Of a stretch of DNA of 60,983 nucleotides, positions 9,746-19,382 are shown piece after piece (position 1 is the first letter of the stretch; each line of letters opens with the position of its first letter). The position numbers were made by a program, and so were the translations under genes. Where the stretch lies: sequence record SRR31156797_4417, one strand, 5' to 3'. The notes under the pieces were generated by a model that saw only the letters and a program-made list of their open reading frames with translations, did no database searches and was not told the DNA's origin.

Positions 9746-11845
9746 ATGGCTCAGCCTTCTAATAAATCAGCGATTCCCAAAATCGACTATTCGAAGTTTT
9801 CAAAACAAGGTGATTTACTTCTGGCCGGCGGTGTTGTGACCATCCTCTTTGTGATGCTCATTCCCTTACCTACCCCGTTCATCGATTTCATGCTCACAGT
9901 GTCCATTTCACTGGGGTTGGTCATCTTGGTTACATCCATGTTCATGACGTCTCCACTTGAATTTTCCATATTTCCTTCCCTACTTCTGGTAACGACTTTG
10001 CTCAGATTAGCACTCAACGTTGCCACGACTCGTGCCATTCTTCTACACGGAGATGAAGGCACATCAGCCGCTGGATCAGTTATTCAAAGTTTTGGCGAAT
10101 TCGTTGTCGGAGGTAACTATGTCATCGGAATCGTCATTTTTATGATCCTGTTCATCTTGAACAAAACAGTCATTGTCACCGGTACTACCCGTATTGCCGA
10201 AGTGGCTGCTCGTTTTACCCTTGATGCCATGCCCGGTAAACAAATGGCTGTTGAGGCTGATTTGAACGCCGGTCTTATTGATGAAGAAGAAGCCACTGAA
10301 CGACGGGAACACATGCGCCGCGAAGCTGATTTCTACGGTGCCATGGATGGCGCGGGAAAATTCGTTTCTGGAGATGTTAAGGCAGGCCTTATGATTACTG
10401 TCATCAATATCATCGGCGGCTTTCTCATCGGAGTTATTCAGAAAGACATGCCATGGATGGATGCAGCCCAAACATATACCCTCCTGACAATTGGTGATGG
10501 CCTTGTTGCCACGATTCCTTCTCTGATTATTTCCACCTCAGCCGGTATCATTGTCTCACGCGCAGCAGCAGAAGCCAAAATGGGTGAAGAATTCATCGGC
10601 CAGTTGTCTTTCCATCATCGCGCACTCAAACTGGTGTCCGGCATTTTGGTTATATTCGGCATCGTCCCAGGTATGCCCACGATTCCTTTCCTGACTCTGG
10701 CGATCATCACCTATACCATCGGACATCTTTCCGCCAAACAACAAAGCGAAATCATCGGTGAAACGGAAGATCTCACACCGAAAGATATGCCCACACTTGA
10801 TACACCAGAAGAAGTTCAAGCGCTCCTCCCCCTCGACCAATTGGAACTGGAAGTTGGTTACGGACTCATTCCTTTGGTGGACGAAGAACAAAATGGCAAT
10901 CTACTTTCACGCATCCGCTCGATCCGTCGGCAATTCGCTCTAGATATGGGAGTGGTCGTTCCCTCCTTGCACTTACGAGATAATTTACAACTCAAACCCG
11001 GTGAATATCGTGTGCTTATCAAGGGTAACCCCGTGGCCAGCGCCGAGCTGCTCATAGACCATTACCTTGCCATGGACCCGGGTGATGCCAAACAGCGTAT
11101 CGAAGGTGTCGAAACCGTTGAGCCCGCCTTCAATCTTCCGGCAGTCTGGATTCCAGAAGCCCAGAAGGAAGAAGCCATGCTTGCAGGGTACACCGTGGTC
11201 GATCCGTCTACAGTCATCGCTACACATTTAACTGAAGTTTTCAGACGCAACCTGCATGAATTCCTTGGTCGTCAGGAAACACAAGAACTCTTAGACAACC
11301 TTTCAAAGCGCGCCCCCAAGGCCGTGGAAAGTCTGGTGCCTGCCGTACTCAGTATCGGTGGCGTCCAAAAAGTCCTTCAAGCCCTCGTCCAGGAAAACGT
11401 TTCAATTCGCGATCTTCTCACTATCGTGGAAACTCTTGCCGACTATGGTGCAGCGACACAGGATCCTGTTCAGTTAACCGAATATGTTCGTGCGAAAATG
11501 GGACGCACCATCGTCAAGCCTTATATGGGTGAAGAAGGAGTTCTACCTATCATCACCATGAGTCCACAGATTGATGAAATCTTAAGCAACGCAATGCGCC
11601 CAGCCGAACAAGGCGGCTATCTGGCTCTAGAGCCGGGCGTAGCTCAACAACTCATTCAGTCAATCAACCAATCAACGGAAGACGCCATGGTTGCCGATGG
11701 CCAGCCTATCCTGCTGGTTACTCCACAACTCAGAGCGCAACTCGCCCAATTGTTGACCAGATTCATACCGACCCTACCTGTCATATCTCAGGCCGAAATT
11801 CCCGCAGATGTCAAAATTCAGTCAGCCGCAACCGTTGAAATCTAG
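9746..11845 (+). CDS. flhA: Flagellar export gate protein FlhA
   Basis: RIAEVAARFTLDAMPGKQM, FYGAMDGAGKFV, LTIGDGLV. Confidence 0.99.
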   Translation: MAQPSNKSAIPKIDYSKFSKQGDLLLAGGVVTILFVMLIPLPTPFIDFMLTVSISLGLVILVTSMFMTSPLEFSIFPSLLLVTTLLRLALNVATTRAILLHGDEGTSAAGSVIQSFGEFVVGGNYVIGIVIFMILFILNKTVIVTGTTRIAEVAARFTLDAMPGKQMAVEADLNAGLIDEEEATERREHMRREADFYGAMDGAGKFVSGDVKAGLMITVINIIGGFLIGVIQKDMPWMDAAQTYTLLTIGDGLVATIPSLIISTSAGIIVSRAAAEAKMGEEFIGQLSFHHRALKLVSGILVIFGIVPGMPTIPFLTLAIITYTIGHLSAKQQSEIIGETEDLTPKDMPTLDTPEEVQALLPLDQLELEVGYGLIPLVDEEQNGNLLSRIRSIRRQFALDMGVVVPSLHLRDNLQLKPGEYRVLIKGNPVASAELLIDHYLAMDPGDAKQRIEGVETVEPAFNLPAVWIPEAQKEEAMLAGYTVVDPSTVIATHLTEVFRRNLHEFLGRQETQELLDNLSKRAPKAVESLVPAVLSIGGVQKVLQALVQENVSIRDLLTIVETLADYGAATQDPVQLTEYVRAKMGRTIVKPYMGEEGVLPIITMSPQIDEILSNAMRPAEQGGYLALEPGVAQQLIQSINQSTEDAMVADGQPILLVTPQLRAQLAQLLTRFIPTLPVISQAEIPADVKIQSAATVEI

Positions 11846-11854
11846 GAACGCATT

Positions 11855-12928
11855 ATGAGAATGAAAACATTCAAAGCCGCCAATTCAACTGCTGCATTCG
11901 CCAAGGTTAAAGCCGACCTAGGAGAAGATGCAGTCATCCTTTCCAACAAGACTATTACGGATAATGGATGCAAATGCTGCGAAATCGTCGCTGCGGTTGA
12001 ACACTCCCCGGTGGCTCCGAAAAGACAGGCCACTAAAGATCGCGTCGTTGATGACGCTTTGCAGGACACTGTCGGCTGGCAGCGAGAATGGAGTCAGATC
12101 AAAGGCCAGATTATGGCCTTGATGAAGCCTCAAATAGATTTGAATAGTCTTTCTCCAAAGCAAAAAATGGCTATGGAATATCTTGAACGAGAAGATGTTA
12201 ATGAGAAGGTTCTGGCCCGAATTTACTGTAACCTCCGGGACAACCCCACCCGATCCATAATGACGGCTTTGGATCCATTGCTCAAAGCAACGCCTTTTGA
12301 ACCGATAAATTGGGCTAACAAATTTCAAGCGTTCACCGGTCCCGGCGGCGCAGGTAAAACAACCAGCCTTGTCCGCTTGGCACTCAAAATAAAAAAAGAA
12401 AACCCCAATACTCGTATATGTCTGGCAACCGCTGACGGTGGACGAGGTAAAGGACGGCTTGTCCTTAAACATTACGCAGAACTAAGTGGTCTCGCTTTTC
12501 GAGAAATTATTACTCGTGACGACTTCGCCCTTTTACAAAAGGAATCCGGGCAGTTTGACATGATACTTGTCGACCTTCCAGGCCTTCCGGGTAAGACAAC
12601 ACTTGAAGAATGGGTTCATCTTTATGGCATGCAGAACTGCCCTGATATGTCCATACATCTTGTCTTGAATCCTTATTACAGCACTGCTCAATTTGAACGC
12701 TTCGTTGAAAAATATAAAAGTGAACAACTTGCAAGCGTTATCTGGACGAAACTCGATGAAGCCTGTACATTCGGATCAATACTGAACATGGCGTGCGCCA
12801 GCGGGCTACCGGTTTCCGCACTTTCGTACGGTGCCGGCCTGAGAAACAGCATCAAAGCTGCTTCGGAAGAAATGGTATGGCGGCTTTTGTTCATGCGCAC
12901 CATGCCCAACGGCGACATTCAACCTTAA
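11855..12928 (+). CDS. flhF: Flagellar SRP-family GTPase FlhF (G2/G3 divergent)
   Basis: N-terminal MKTF...LGEDAVILS; P-loop GPGGAGKTT; TKLDE; position between flhA and flhG. Confidence 0.9.
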   Translation: MRMKTFKAANSTAAFAKVKADLGEDAVILSNKTITDNGCKCCEIVAAVEHSPVAPKRQATKDRVVDDALQDTVGWQREWSQIKGQIMALMKPQIDLNSLSPKQKMAMEYLEREDVNEKVLARIYCNLRDNPTRSIMTALDPLLKATPFEPINWANKFQAFTGPGGAGKTTSLVRLALKIKKENPNTRICLATADGGRGKGRLVLKHYAELSGLAFREIITRDDFALLQKESGQFDMILVDLPGLPGKTTLEEWVHLYGMQNCPDMSIHLVLNPYYSTAQFERFVEKYKSEQLASVIWTKLDEACTFGSILNMACASGLPVSALSYGAGLRNSIKAASEEMVWRLLFMRTMPNGDIQP

Positions 12929-12946
12929 AGGAGATATAGATACGCC

Positions 12947-13774
12947 ATGAGTTCAAATTTACCTCTGGTTTTCTCAGTTACCTCCGGCAAGGGCGGCGTT
13001 GGCAAAACAAACATGTCTGTCAACCTTGCCTATTCGCTGAGTGCGGCCGGTAAAAATGTTGTACTTCTTGATGCAGACCTCGGTCTGGCAAATGTGGATG
13101 TCATATTGGGCCTCGCGCCAGAGCACAATCTCTTTCATCTGTTTCACGAAGACATGAATCTCGAAACAATCCTATTCGAGACTCCTTACGGATTTCGCAT
13201 TCTCCCGGCATCTTCCGGTGTCAGTGACATGGTTAGCCTCGACATGGGTCAAAAGCTTGACTTGCTGGATGCCATGGACACGCTTGAAGATAATGTCGAT
13301 TACCTCATTGTCGACACAGGCGCAGGCATCAACGACAATGTTCTGTACTTCAATCTGGCCGTGCAGGAACGCCTGTTGGTCATCACGCCGGAACCAACTT
13401 CGCTGACAGATGCATACGCACTTATCAAAGTTCTCAAGCTTCACCATGGAGTGGAAAAATTTCGTGTAGTAGTCAACATGGTCCAAAACAAAAAAACAGC
13501 ACACGACGTCTATCTCAAACTTTTGGCAGCCTGTGACCACTTCCTTGACGGGATATCTCTGGATTTAGTCGGTTTCATCCCCTATGATCAAAATGTTCGC
13601 AATTCGGTTATTGCTCAAACGCCGTTTTGCCATAAATTTCCAAAAACTCCGGCTAGTGTCGCCGTAAAACAAACGGCACAGAAGATTAACGCTTGGAAGG
13701 TTACACCTAACACAGATGGCAATATTAAATTCTTCTGGAAAAAACTCCTCTTCCAGGAACGATCCGTGGCTTGA
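12947..13774 (+). CDS. flhG: MinD-like flagellar number regulator FlhG/FleN
   Basis: SGKGGVGKT, DADLGLAN, DTGAG, TPEPTSLTDAYALIK. Confidence 0.95.
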   Translation: MSSNLPLVFSVTSGKGGVGKTNMSVNLAYSLSAAGKNVVLLDADLGLANVDVILGLAPEHNLFHLFHEDMNLETILFETPYGFRILPASSGVSDMVSLDMGQKLDLLDAMDTLEDNVDYLIVDTGAGINDNVLYFNLAVQERLLVITPEPTSLTDAYALIKVLKLHHGVEKFRVVVNMVQNKKTAHDVYLKLLAACDHFLDGISLDLVGFIPYDQNVRNSVIAQTPFCHKFPKTPASVAVKQTAQKINAWKVTPNTDGNIKFFWKKLLFQERSVA

Positions 13775-14501
13775 TCTGGAAAAGGGCGTCAAAGCTTGGG
13801 ACGATTTTTCCCCGAGAGATCGGGAAAACATCGTTCGCTTTTACGCGCCCAAAATCCGAATTCTTGCCTTACGGCTCAAAGCCAAACTGCCACAAAGCGT
13901 TGAACTTAACGAACTTATCAGCGCAGGAAGTCTTGGCCTGCTCGACGCTCTAGGTAAATTCAATCCTACTCTTGGCATCAAATTCGACACCTATTCAGAA
14001 AATCGAATCAAGGGAGCCATGCTTGATGAACTCAGAAGAATGGATTGGTTTTCCAGAGGTTTACGTCAAAAAGTCAAAGTACTGGAAGACGCTACACGAC
14101 AGATTGAACATGAAACAGGTGCTCCTGCTACAGCTGAACAATTGCAAGACCATACTGGCATGTCTGAAAAAGAAGTCCGTCAAGGACTTGAGGCTCTTCA
14201 TAACCAAGTATGCCTAAGCCTCGACTCTTTTCAGGAAAATCTCATCGGTCAAAAAAATATGACTGACGACGAACCGTTTCAGTCAGCCGCATTTCAGGAG
14301 ATTGTTGACAAAGTAGCCAATCTCATTGAAGAATTGACGCCGCGAGAAAAATTGGTCATATCTTTATATTATGGTGAGGAGTTGAACATGAAAGAAACTG
14401 CCGAAGTTATGGATATAACCGAAGGTCGCGTCTCTCAACTTCACTCCCAAGCATTAAAAAAATTGAGAAAAACGTTCCGAGCTCGCTATGAATGCGAGTA
14501 G
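13716..14501 (+). CDS. fliA: Flagellar sigma factor sigma28
   Basis: RIKGAMLDELRRMDW; LYYGEELNMKE...EGRVSQLHSQAL. Confidence 0.96.
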   Translation: MAILNSSGKNSSSRNDPWLDLEKGVKAWDDFSPRDRENIVRFYAPKIRILALRLKAKLPQSVELNELISAGSLGLLDALGKFNPTLGIKFDTYSENRIKGAMLDELRRMDWFSRGLRQKVKVLEDATRQIEHETGAPATAEQLQDHTGMSEKEVRQGLEALHNQVCLSLDSFQENLIGQKNMTDDEPFQSAAFQEIVDKVANLIEELTPREKLVISLYYGEELNMKETAEVMDITEGRVSQLHSQALKKLRKTFRARYECE

Positions 14502-14523
14502 AACTCACGAAAGGAGATATTGA

Positions 14524-14904
14524 ATGGGTTACGATACCAACATGCGCGTTCTTGTGGTCGATGATTTCTCCACCATGCGAAAAATCATTAAGAATATTTT
14601 GCGTCAAATCGGCTTTACCAACATCGTCGAAGCTGATGACGGCTCAACCGCATGGGAAGTTCTCAATAAAGATAACATCGACTTTATCGTTTCTGACTGG
14701 AATATGCCGACTATGTCCGGCATTGAACTGTTGCGTAAAGTTCGTGCGAGTGAAGAATATGCCGATATCCCCTTCTTGATGGTTACCGCTGAAGCACAGC
14801 AGGAAAACATCATTGAAGCGGTTCAAGCCAAGGTGTCCAATTATATCGTCAAGCCGTTCACTCCTGAAACCTTGGGCCAGAAGATCGACAAAATCTTCGC
14901 CTAA
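14524..14904 (+). CDS. cheY: Chemotaxis response regulator CheY
   Basis: VVDDFSTMR, DWNMP, MVTAEA, YIVKPF. Confidence 0.96.
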   Translation: MGYDTNMRVLVVDDFSTMRKIIKNILRQIGFTNIVEADDGSTAWEVLNKDNIDFIVSDWNMPTMSGIELLRKVRASEEYADIPFLMVTAEAQQENIIEAVQAKVSNYIVKPFTPETLGQKIDKIFA

Positions 14905-14935
14905 ACGTCCAGCAACAGCCGGTTAGGCGTACACA

Positions 14936-15652
14936 ATGGTCTTGCTTGTTCCCGATGACACTGAAGATGTAACCAATGTTACTTCGACAGACGATCTTTC
15001 TGAGCAGCCGAAAGCGCAGCTTGATGATAGCGAGGCAAGCAGGGCCACGCAAAAAGTCGACCTTGACCTCGACGACGCTCCTTTTTTGGAAGACGAAGAA
15101 GAGGAAGAAGAAATAACGGATGTAGAGGAGGAAACTCCTCTACTTCAGGAAGATGACAGCGAACCAAAACCAGGACTTGCTGCTCTCTTAAAAAACAAAC
15201 TGTTTCTCATCAGTTTTGGCGTCATTCTTATTCTTGTTGTCGTCATCATTATACTTCTCCTACGCGAACCAGACGCTCCCCCTCCCCCGCCTCCAACTCC
15301 AATTGAAGAAATTCTACCAGAAGAAACACCTGTAGCCGTTGAAACACCGCAGATACTCATTCGGCTTGATCCTTTTCTCATCGAACAAAAAGATGAAGAA
15401 GGAAATATCAGATTTCTTGAAATACGTGTTTTGGTTTCTACCGAAGACGAAGGACTCTCCATGCAGTTCAAGCAGGAGACCTATGCGGTTAGAAACGCGT
15501 TGTTTTACTACCTGAAGAATAAGGATTTACAATTTTTATCCGATAAGAATAATAGTGATAAACTCAAAAGTGAATTATTGGCAATTATCAATCAATACAT
15601 GGGATTTGGTCAGTTTGAGACACTGATGTTCGAACAATATCTTGTGAGGTAA
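14936..15652 (+). CDS. fliL: FliL-family basal-body protein with acidic N-terminal extension
   Basis: Acidic N-terminus, TM helix, poly-Pro linker, FliL-like C-domain (LDPF...VRNAL...LKSEL..IN...FEQYLV). Confidence 0.75.
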   Translation: MVLLVPDDTEDVTNVTSTDDLSEQPKAQLDDSEASRATQKVDLDLDDAPFLEDEEEEEEITDVEEETPLLQEDDSEPKPGLAALLKNKLFLISFGVILILVVVIIILLLREPDAPPPPPPTPIEEILPEETPVAVETPQILIRLDPFLIEQKDEEGNIRFLEIRVLVSTEDEGLSMQFKQETYAVRNALFYYLKNKDLQFLSDKNNSDKLKSELLAIINQYMGFGQFETLMFEQYLVR

Positions 15653-15655
15653 GCC

Positions 15656-15985
15656 ATGAGCCCGACTCCGCTGGATCTGCCGATTTTAATATCGCAACTG
15701 CCGTATGTGCAGAAGATCGCTCATGCGGAAAAAGCCAAACCTGAAATCCAGCAGTTATTGTTTGGCCCACTCATTCGTGAACAGGTAAAACGGCAGGAGG
15801 GGCTTGTTCAGCAGGTCGAAAAAAAGGCACAAACAGACCCAATCGACAGAGATGGCCGCAACAACGAGCAGCAACAAGCGGCATCTGAACGCAAAAAGAA
15901 AAACACGGACGAAGAAGATTCACCTGAAAGTGGGTCTTCCAATGCTTCTCCTTGGGCTGGAAACATTGTCAACGTGAAGATTTAA
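15656..15985 (+). CDS. Hypothetical flagellar-operon protein
   Basis: 109 aa ORF 3 bp after fliL; ends in GNIVNVKI. Confidence 0.75.
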   Translation: MSPTPLDLPILISQLPYVQKIAHAEKAKPEIQQLLFGPLIREQVKRQEGLVQQVEKKAQTDPIDRDGRNNEQQQAASERKKKNTDEEDSPESGSSNASPWAGNIVNVKI

Positions 15986-16022
15986 CAGTATATTCTCCAC
16001 TTCAAATAATTTCTCACAGAGG

Positions 16023-16439
16023 ATGACCTCCATGTCCGATCTGCTCATTATCCTGTTTTCTTTTAGCGAAGTCGTTCTGCTCGCCATCGTTATACTCTTT
16101 TTTTTGCGACTAAAAAAATCAGAAACTCTCTTATCAGGTCTTCAAGCTAATCAACAAGAATTCATCAAACGCCTTCAATTCAATACGCAATTAGAAAATG
16201 AACTTGTTTCAACTTTTGAACAACGCCAACAAGAATTGGTTGCTCTCAATACTGAGCTTGAGAAAAAAGCAACATCCCTTCAAAAACTTGTTGATCTCGC
16301 CAATGAATATTGTAAGTCACCGCAATTCATGCGAGAAATAATAATTCAAGGACATAGAGTCGGCAAATCACCTGTTCAACTCGCCAAATCAACGGGGTTA
16401 AGCCTCGAAGAAATTGAACTCATCATTGACCAGTCCTGA
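16023..16439 (+). CDS. TM + coiled-coil + C-terminal HTH-like protein (DUF2802/FipA/SwrB-like)
   Basis: N-terminal TM helix, coiled coil, C-terminal GKSPVQLAKSTGLSLEEIELI. Confidence 0.7.
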   Translation: MTSMSDLLIILFSFSEVVLLAIVILFFLRLKKSETLLSGLQANQQEFIKRLQFNTQLENELVSTFEQRQQELVALNTELEKKATSLQKLVDLANEYCKSPQFMREIIIQGHRVGKSPVQLAKSTGLSLEEIELIIDQS

Positions 16440-16457
16440 ACGGAAAAACAGCAACCA

Positions 16458-17300
16458 ATGCGTATTAAAGGATATGGAAATGGTACGGGCGGCTTCGGTG
16501 GCGGTAAAGAGCGCTCTGATTCATTTCGTAATAAACATCGCCTTGGACAAAAAATCCGTGGGAAACTCATTAAAAATATCGCGGACAACATGGCTTGGGT
16601 CGATTTCAATGGTAACCGCCTACTAGCACAATTGGCGAATCCTCACTCAGAAGGAAGTCTCCTTCTTTTTATCATCAAACAACTTCACCCTCAGATCATC
16701 CTACAAGAACTTGGCGCCAATCACGCAGATGGAACGAATGCTTTAAATTTAGCAAGCACTTTTGATACTACTCGCACCCTTTTTGAAAAAAAATTCTGGG
16801 CAATTACAAAAGCATGCTCTCTTACTCAACCGTCACTTTCTTGCATTGATTTCATGAAAATTATTGCAACAAATTCTGACTTATTTGCTTGTTATATGGA
16901 TGCTTCCAACTGTGCTCGATCCATATCTAACGCCTTACTAGATGCCAAGCGCGGGACAGTTATATACCAACCCTGGCTTGCTTCAGAAAGTCGTCGTCAA
17001 GTCACGCTGGTCAAAGAAACAAATCATCGTTCTAAGATGACGGAATCCATCGTGGAATTCGATCACCCAAGTATGGGACTTGTCCGCATAGAATTCTTCC
17101 ACAAAGCAAAAACAGTGGCATACAAACTAAAAATGCAACGCCCTCAACATAGCGCTGCACTTATGCGTTTTCTTTCCACTAAAAAGCACCATGTAAATCA
17201 ATTAAACCTTCAACATCTGGGAATATCCAAACTCCCTCAAAGTGGACATGGGGGAATACTCGCTGAACTATTGTTTCGAACAGAAAACCTCATCAAGTAA
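16458..17300 (+). CDS. Hypothetical protein, last gene of the flagellar operon
   Basis: 280 aa ORF co-oriented with the operon and followed by a terminator. Confidence 0.75.
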   Translation: MRIKGYGNGTGGFGGGKERSDSFRNKHRLGQKIRGKLIKNIADNMAWVDFNGNRLLAQLANPHSEGSLLLFIIKQLHPQIILQELGANHADGTNALNLASTFDTTRTLFEKKFWAITKACSLTQPSLSCIDFMKIIATNSDLFACYMDASNCARSISNALLDAKRGTVIYQPWLASESRRQVTLVKETNHRSKMTESIVEFDHPSMGLVRIEFFHKAKTVAYKLKMQRPQHSAALMRFLSTKKHHVNQLNLQHLGISKLPQSGHGGILAELLFRTENLIK

Positions 17301-17344
17301 CTCAAAAGGACATGGAACGTAAAAATAATAGAAATCTTTTTCCC

Positions 17345-17386
17345 AATCAAAAAGCCCCGGAGCAAATGCTCCGGGGCTTTTTGATT
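17345..17386. terminator. Bidirectional intrinsic terminator
   Basis: Perfect inverted repeat AATCAAAAAGCCCCGGAGCA / TGCTCCGGGGCTTTTTGATT between convergent genes. Confidence 0.9.
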
Positions 17387-17403
17387 TTCTTTAAAATCAA
17401 AGA

Positions 17404-18324
17404 CTAAGCAACGGCTGTAGCTGGTTCCAGAATGTCGCCACCAAACACCTCCTCAGCAACACGAGGCTGAGTTAACACCTTCTCTTCCAAATACAAATCC
17501 CTATTTTCATCCAAATGACGCAGGAAGGAATTGTTTAATGCGTGACCAGAAGCGAACACTTCAAAGTGACCACGAATCGGTGCACCGAAAATCGCCATAT
17601 CACCGACAAAATCCAGCACCTTATGACGAACAAATTCATCCTTGAAACGAAGACCTTCTGCGTTAAGAATACCATATTCATCAAGGACGACTGCATTGTC
17701 GAGAGACCCACCAAGAGCCAAACCGTTTGCATGCAGATAGTCGACTTCTTTCAAGAAACCGAACGTGCGAGCCTTGGCAACTTCCTTAGCGAATGTGTCA
17801 GGAGTAATTTCAAGTTCCATCTGTTGGCGACCAATAAGAGGATGGGCAAAATCTATAATGTAATCGATACGAAACCCATCATACGGACGAGCCTTGATGT
17901 ATTTACCATCTTGCTCAAATTCGATATTTTTCTTAATCGCCATGACCTTACGGGCCTTGCTCAATGTACGAATACCGGCCTGCTTAAGTAAATAAACAAA
18001 AGAAGCAGCACTACCATCCATGATGGGCAATTCGCGTCCTGAAACTTCGATTTGAATATTATCAATACCCATACCGTTAATTGCGGCCATGAGATGTTCG
18101 ACAGTAGCAACGGTTTCGCGACCATCACCCAGCACAGTAGCAAGACTGGTCTCAACAACCAAAGACGGAGCGGGAGTCAAAAAGGTGGAACCGGAACCAT
18201 TGCGTAGAGCAAAGAGAATTCCAGTGTCCTCGGCCGCGGGACGCAACACCAACTCCACCTGCTTCCCGCTATGAAGTCCAATGCCCGTACAACGGACCGA
18301 TTTATGTATAGTAGTCTGAGACAT
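17404..18324 (-). CDS. lpxC: UDP-3-O-acyl-N-acetylglucosamine deacetylase
   Basis: GIGLHSG, TVEHL, PIMDGS, ARTFGF, GGSLDNA, RHKVLDFVGD, GHALN. Confidence 0.98.
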   Translation of the reverse strand: MSQTTIHKSVRCTGIGLHSGKQVELVLRPAAEDTGILFALRNGSGSTFLTPAPSLVVETSLATVLGDGRETVATVEHLMAAINGMGIDNIQIEVSGRELPIMDGSAASFVYLLKQAGIRTLSKARKVMAIKKNIEFEQDGKYIKARPYDGFRIDYIIDFAHPLIGRQQMELEITPDTFAKEVAKARTFGFLKEVDYLHANGLALGGSLDNAVVLDEYGILNAEGLRFKDEFVRHKVLDFVGDMAIFGAPIRGHFEVFASGHALNNSFLRHLDENRDLYLEEKVLTQPRVAEEVFGGDILEPATAVA

Positions 18325-18356
18325 TATTCCTCCGGTAATTAACCTAAATCATTACA

Positions 18357-18372
18357 AGCAAGAACAATGCCA
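18357..18372 (-). promoter_or_regulatory. sigma54 promoter of lpxC
   Basis: Minus strand TGGCATTGTTCTTGCT, near-consensus TGGCAC-N5-TTGC, about 33 bp upstream of the lpxC start. Confidence 0.8.
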
Positions 18373-18439
18373 CTTAGCGATGCACTAGTAAACTATCAAA
18401 AAGATTGAATTAATTAAGAATACGTCTTTCTAAAACAGT

Positions 18440-18506
18440 GTTGCTTTCTCGCAACTAATTGTATTTTTACAACAACAATTTTTAACTATTGTTGCATTTA
18501 TACGAT
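18440..18506. promoter_or_regulatory. Three palindromic upstream activator sites (GTTGY-N6-RCAAC)
   Basis: GTTGC-TTTCTC-GCAAC (18440-55), ATTGT-ATTTTT-ACAAC (18458-73), GTTGC-ATTTAT-ACGAT (18491-506). Confidence 0.6.
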
Positions 18507-19360
18507 TATAATTTTTGAGCACTGACAATACGATCATGTCCAGCAAGGTCTTTGATCACCTTAACCTGCCCAAATTGCGGAAAGAGATTGAGTATTATTT
18601 TTTTCACGCTATCCCCTTGCCCACAACCAATCTCCATAAGAAAATGCCCACCGCTTTTCAATGCTGCAAGCATTCCCGGAAGCATTTTTCTGACATGGTT
18701 GAGACCATCACTACCACTGACCAAAGCCATGGTTGGCTCAAAACGTGTGACCTCGTGACTTGCCTTATCGAATTCAGCCAGTGTCACATAAGGAGGATTG
18801 GAAACAATAAGATCGAAAAACTCTTCACCGAGGTTATCCTGCGTAAAATCAGCATGATGAAAACGGATACGTTTTTCAACGCCATGTTGAATGGCATTCC
18901 TCTTAGCAACCGCCAATGCCGCGGGACTAAGATCGATGGCCACACATTCAGATTTTAGGAAAAAAGAAGCAATGGTTACAGCAAGAATTCCTGACCCAGT
19001 TCCGAGATCAGCATAACTAAAACAAGCGTCTTTCCGATAGAGGGATTCAACCTCCTCAACGATATGCTCAGTTTCAGGCCGCGGTATCAAAACATCCGGC
19101 GTGACAAAAAAATCCAAACCGTAAAATTCTTTTTCACCCAGAATATAAGCAACAGGCTCGCCTGCAGCCCGCCTTTCAACAAGTGCATAAATCTCTACGA
19201 ACTCTTCATCGGTCACGACTCGCTCTTGATCAATAATCAACGATAGACGTGAACAATCAAGGACATGTGCTATAAGTAGCTCAGCACTCAAACGAGGTGA
19301 ATCAACCCCGTTCAAACGAGTTTCGCACTCATTAAGAATAGATAAAATTGCGGGAGACAA
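18506..19360 (-). CDS. prmC: Release factor glutamine methyltransferase
   Basis: GEPVAYILG, VLIPRPETE, DLGTGSG, SNPPY; downstream of prfA. Confidence 0.97.
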   Translation of the reverse strand: MSPAILSILNECETRLNGVDSPRLSAELLIAHVLDCSRLSLIIDQERVVTDEEFVEIYALVERRAAGEPVAYILGEKEFYGLDFFVTPDVLIPRPETEHIVEEVESLYRKDACFSYADLGTGSGILAVTIASFFLKSECVAIDLSPAALAVAKRNAIQHGVEKRIRFHHADFTQDNLGEEFFDLIVSNPPYVTLAEFDKASHEVTRFEPTMALVSGSDGLNHVRKMLPGMLAALKSGGHFLMEIGCGQGDSVKKIILNLFPQFGQVKVIKDLAGHDRIVSAQKL

Positions 19361-19382
19361 TGTGAGAGTCCCGTATCAACGA

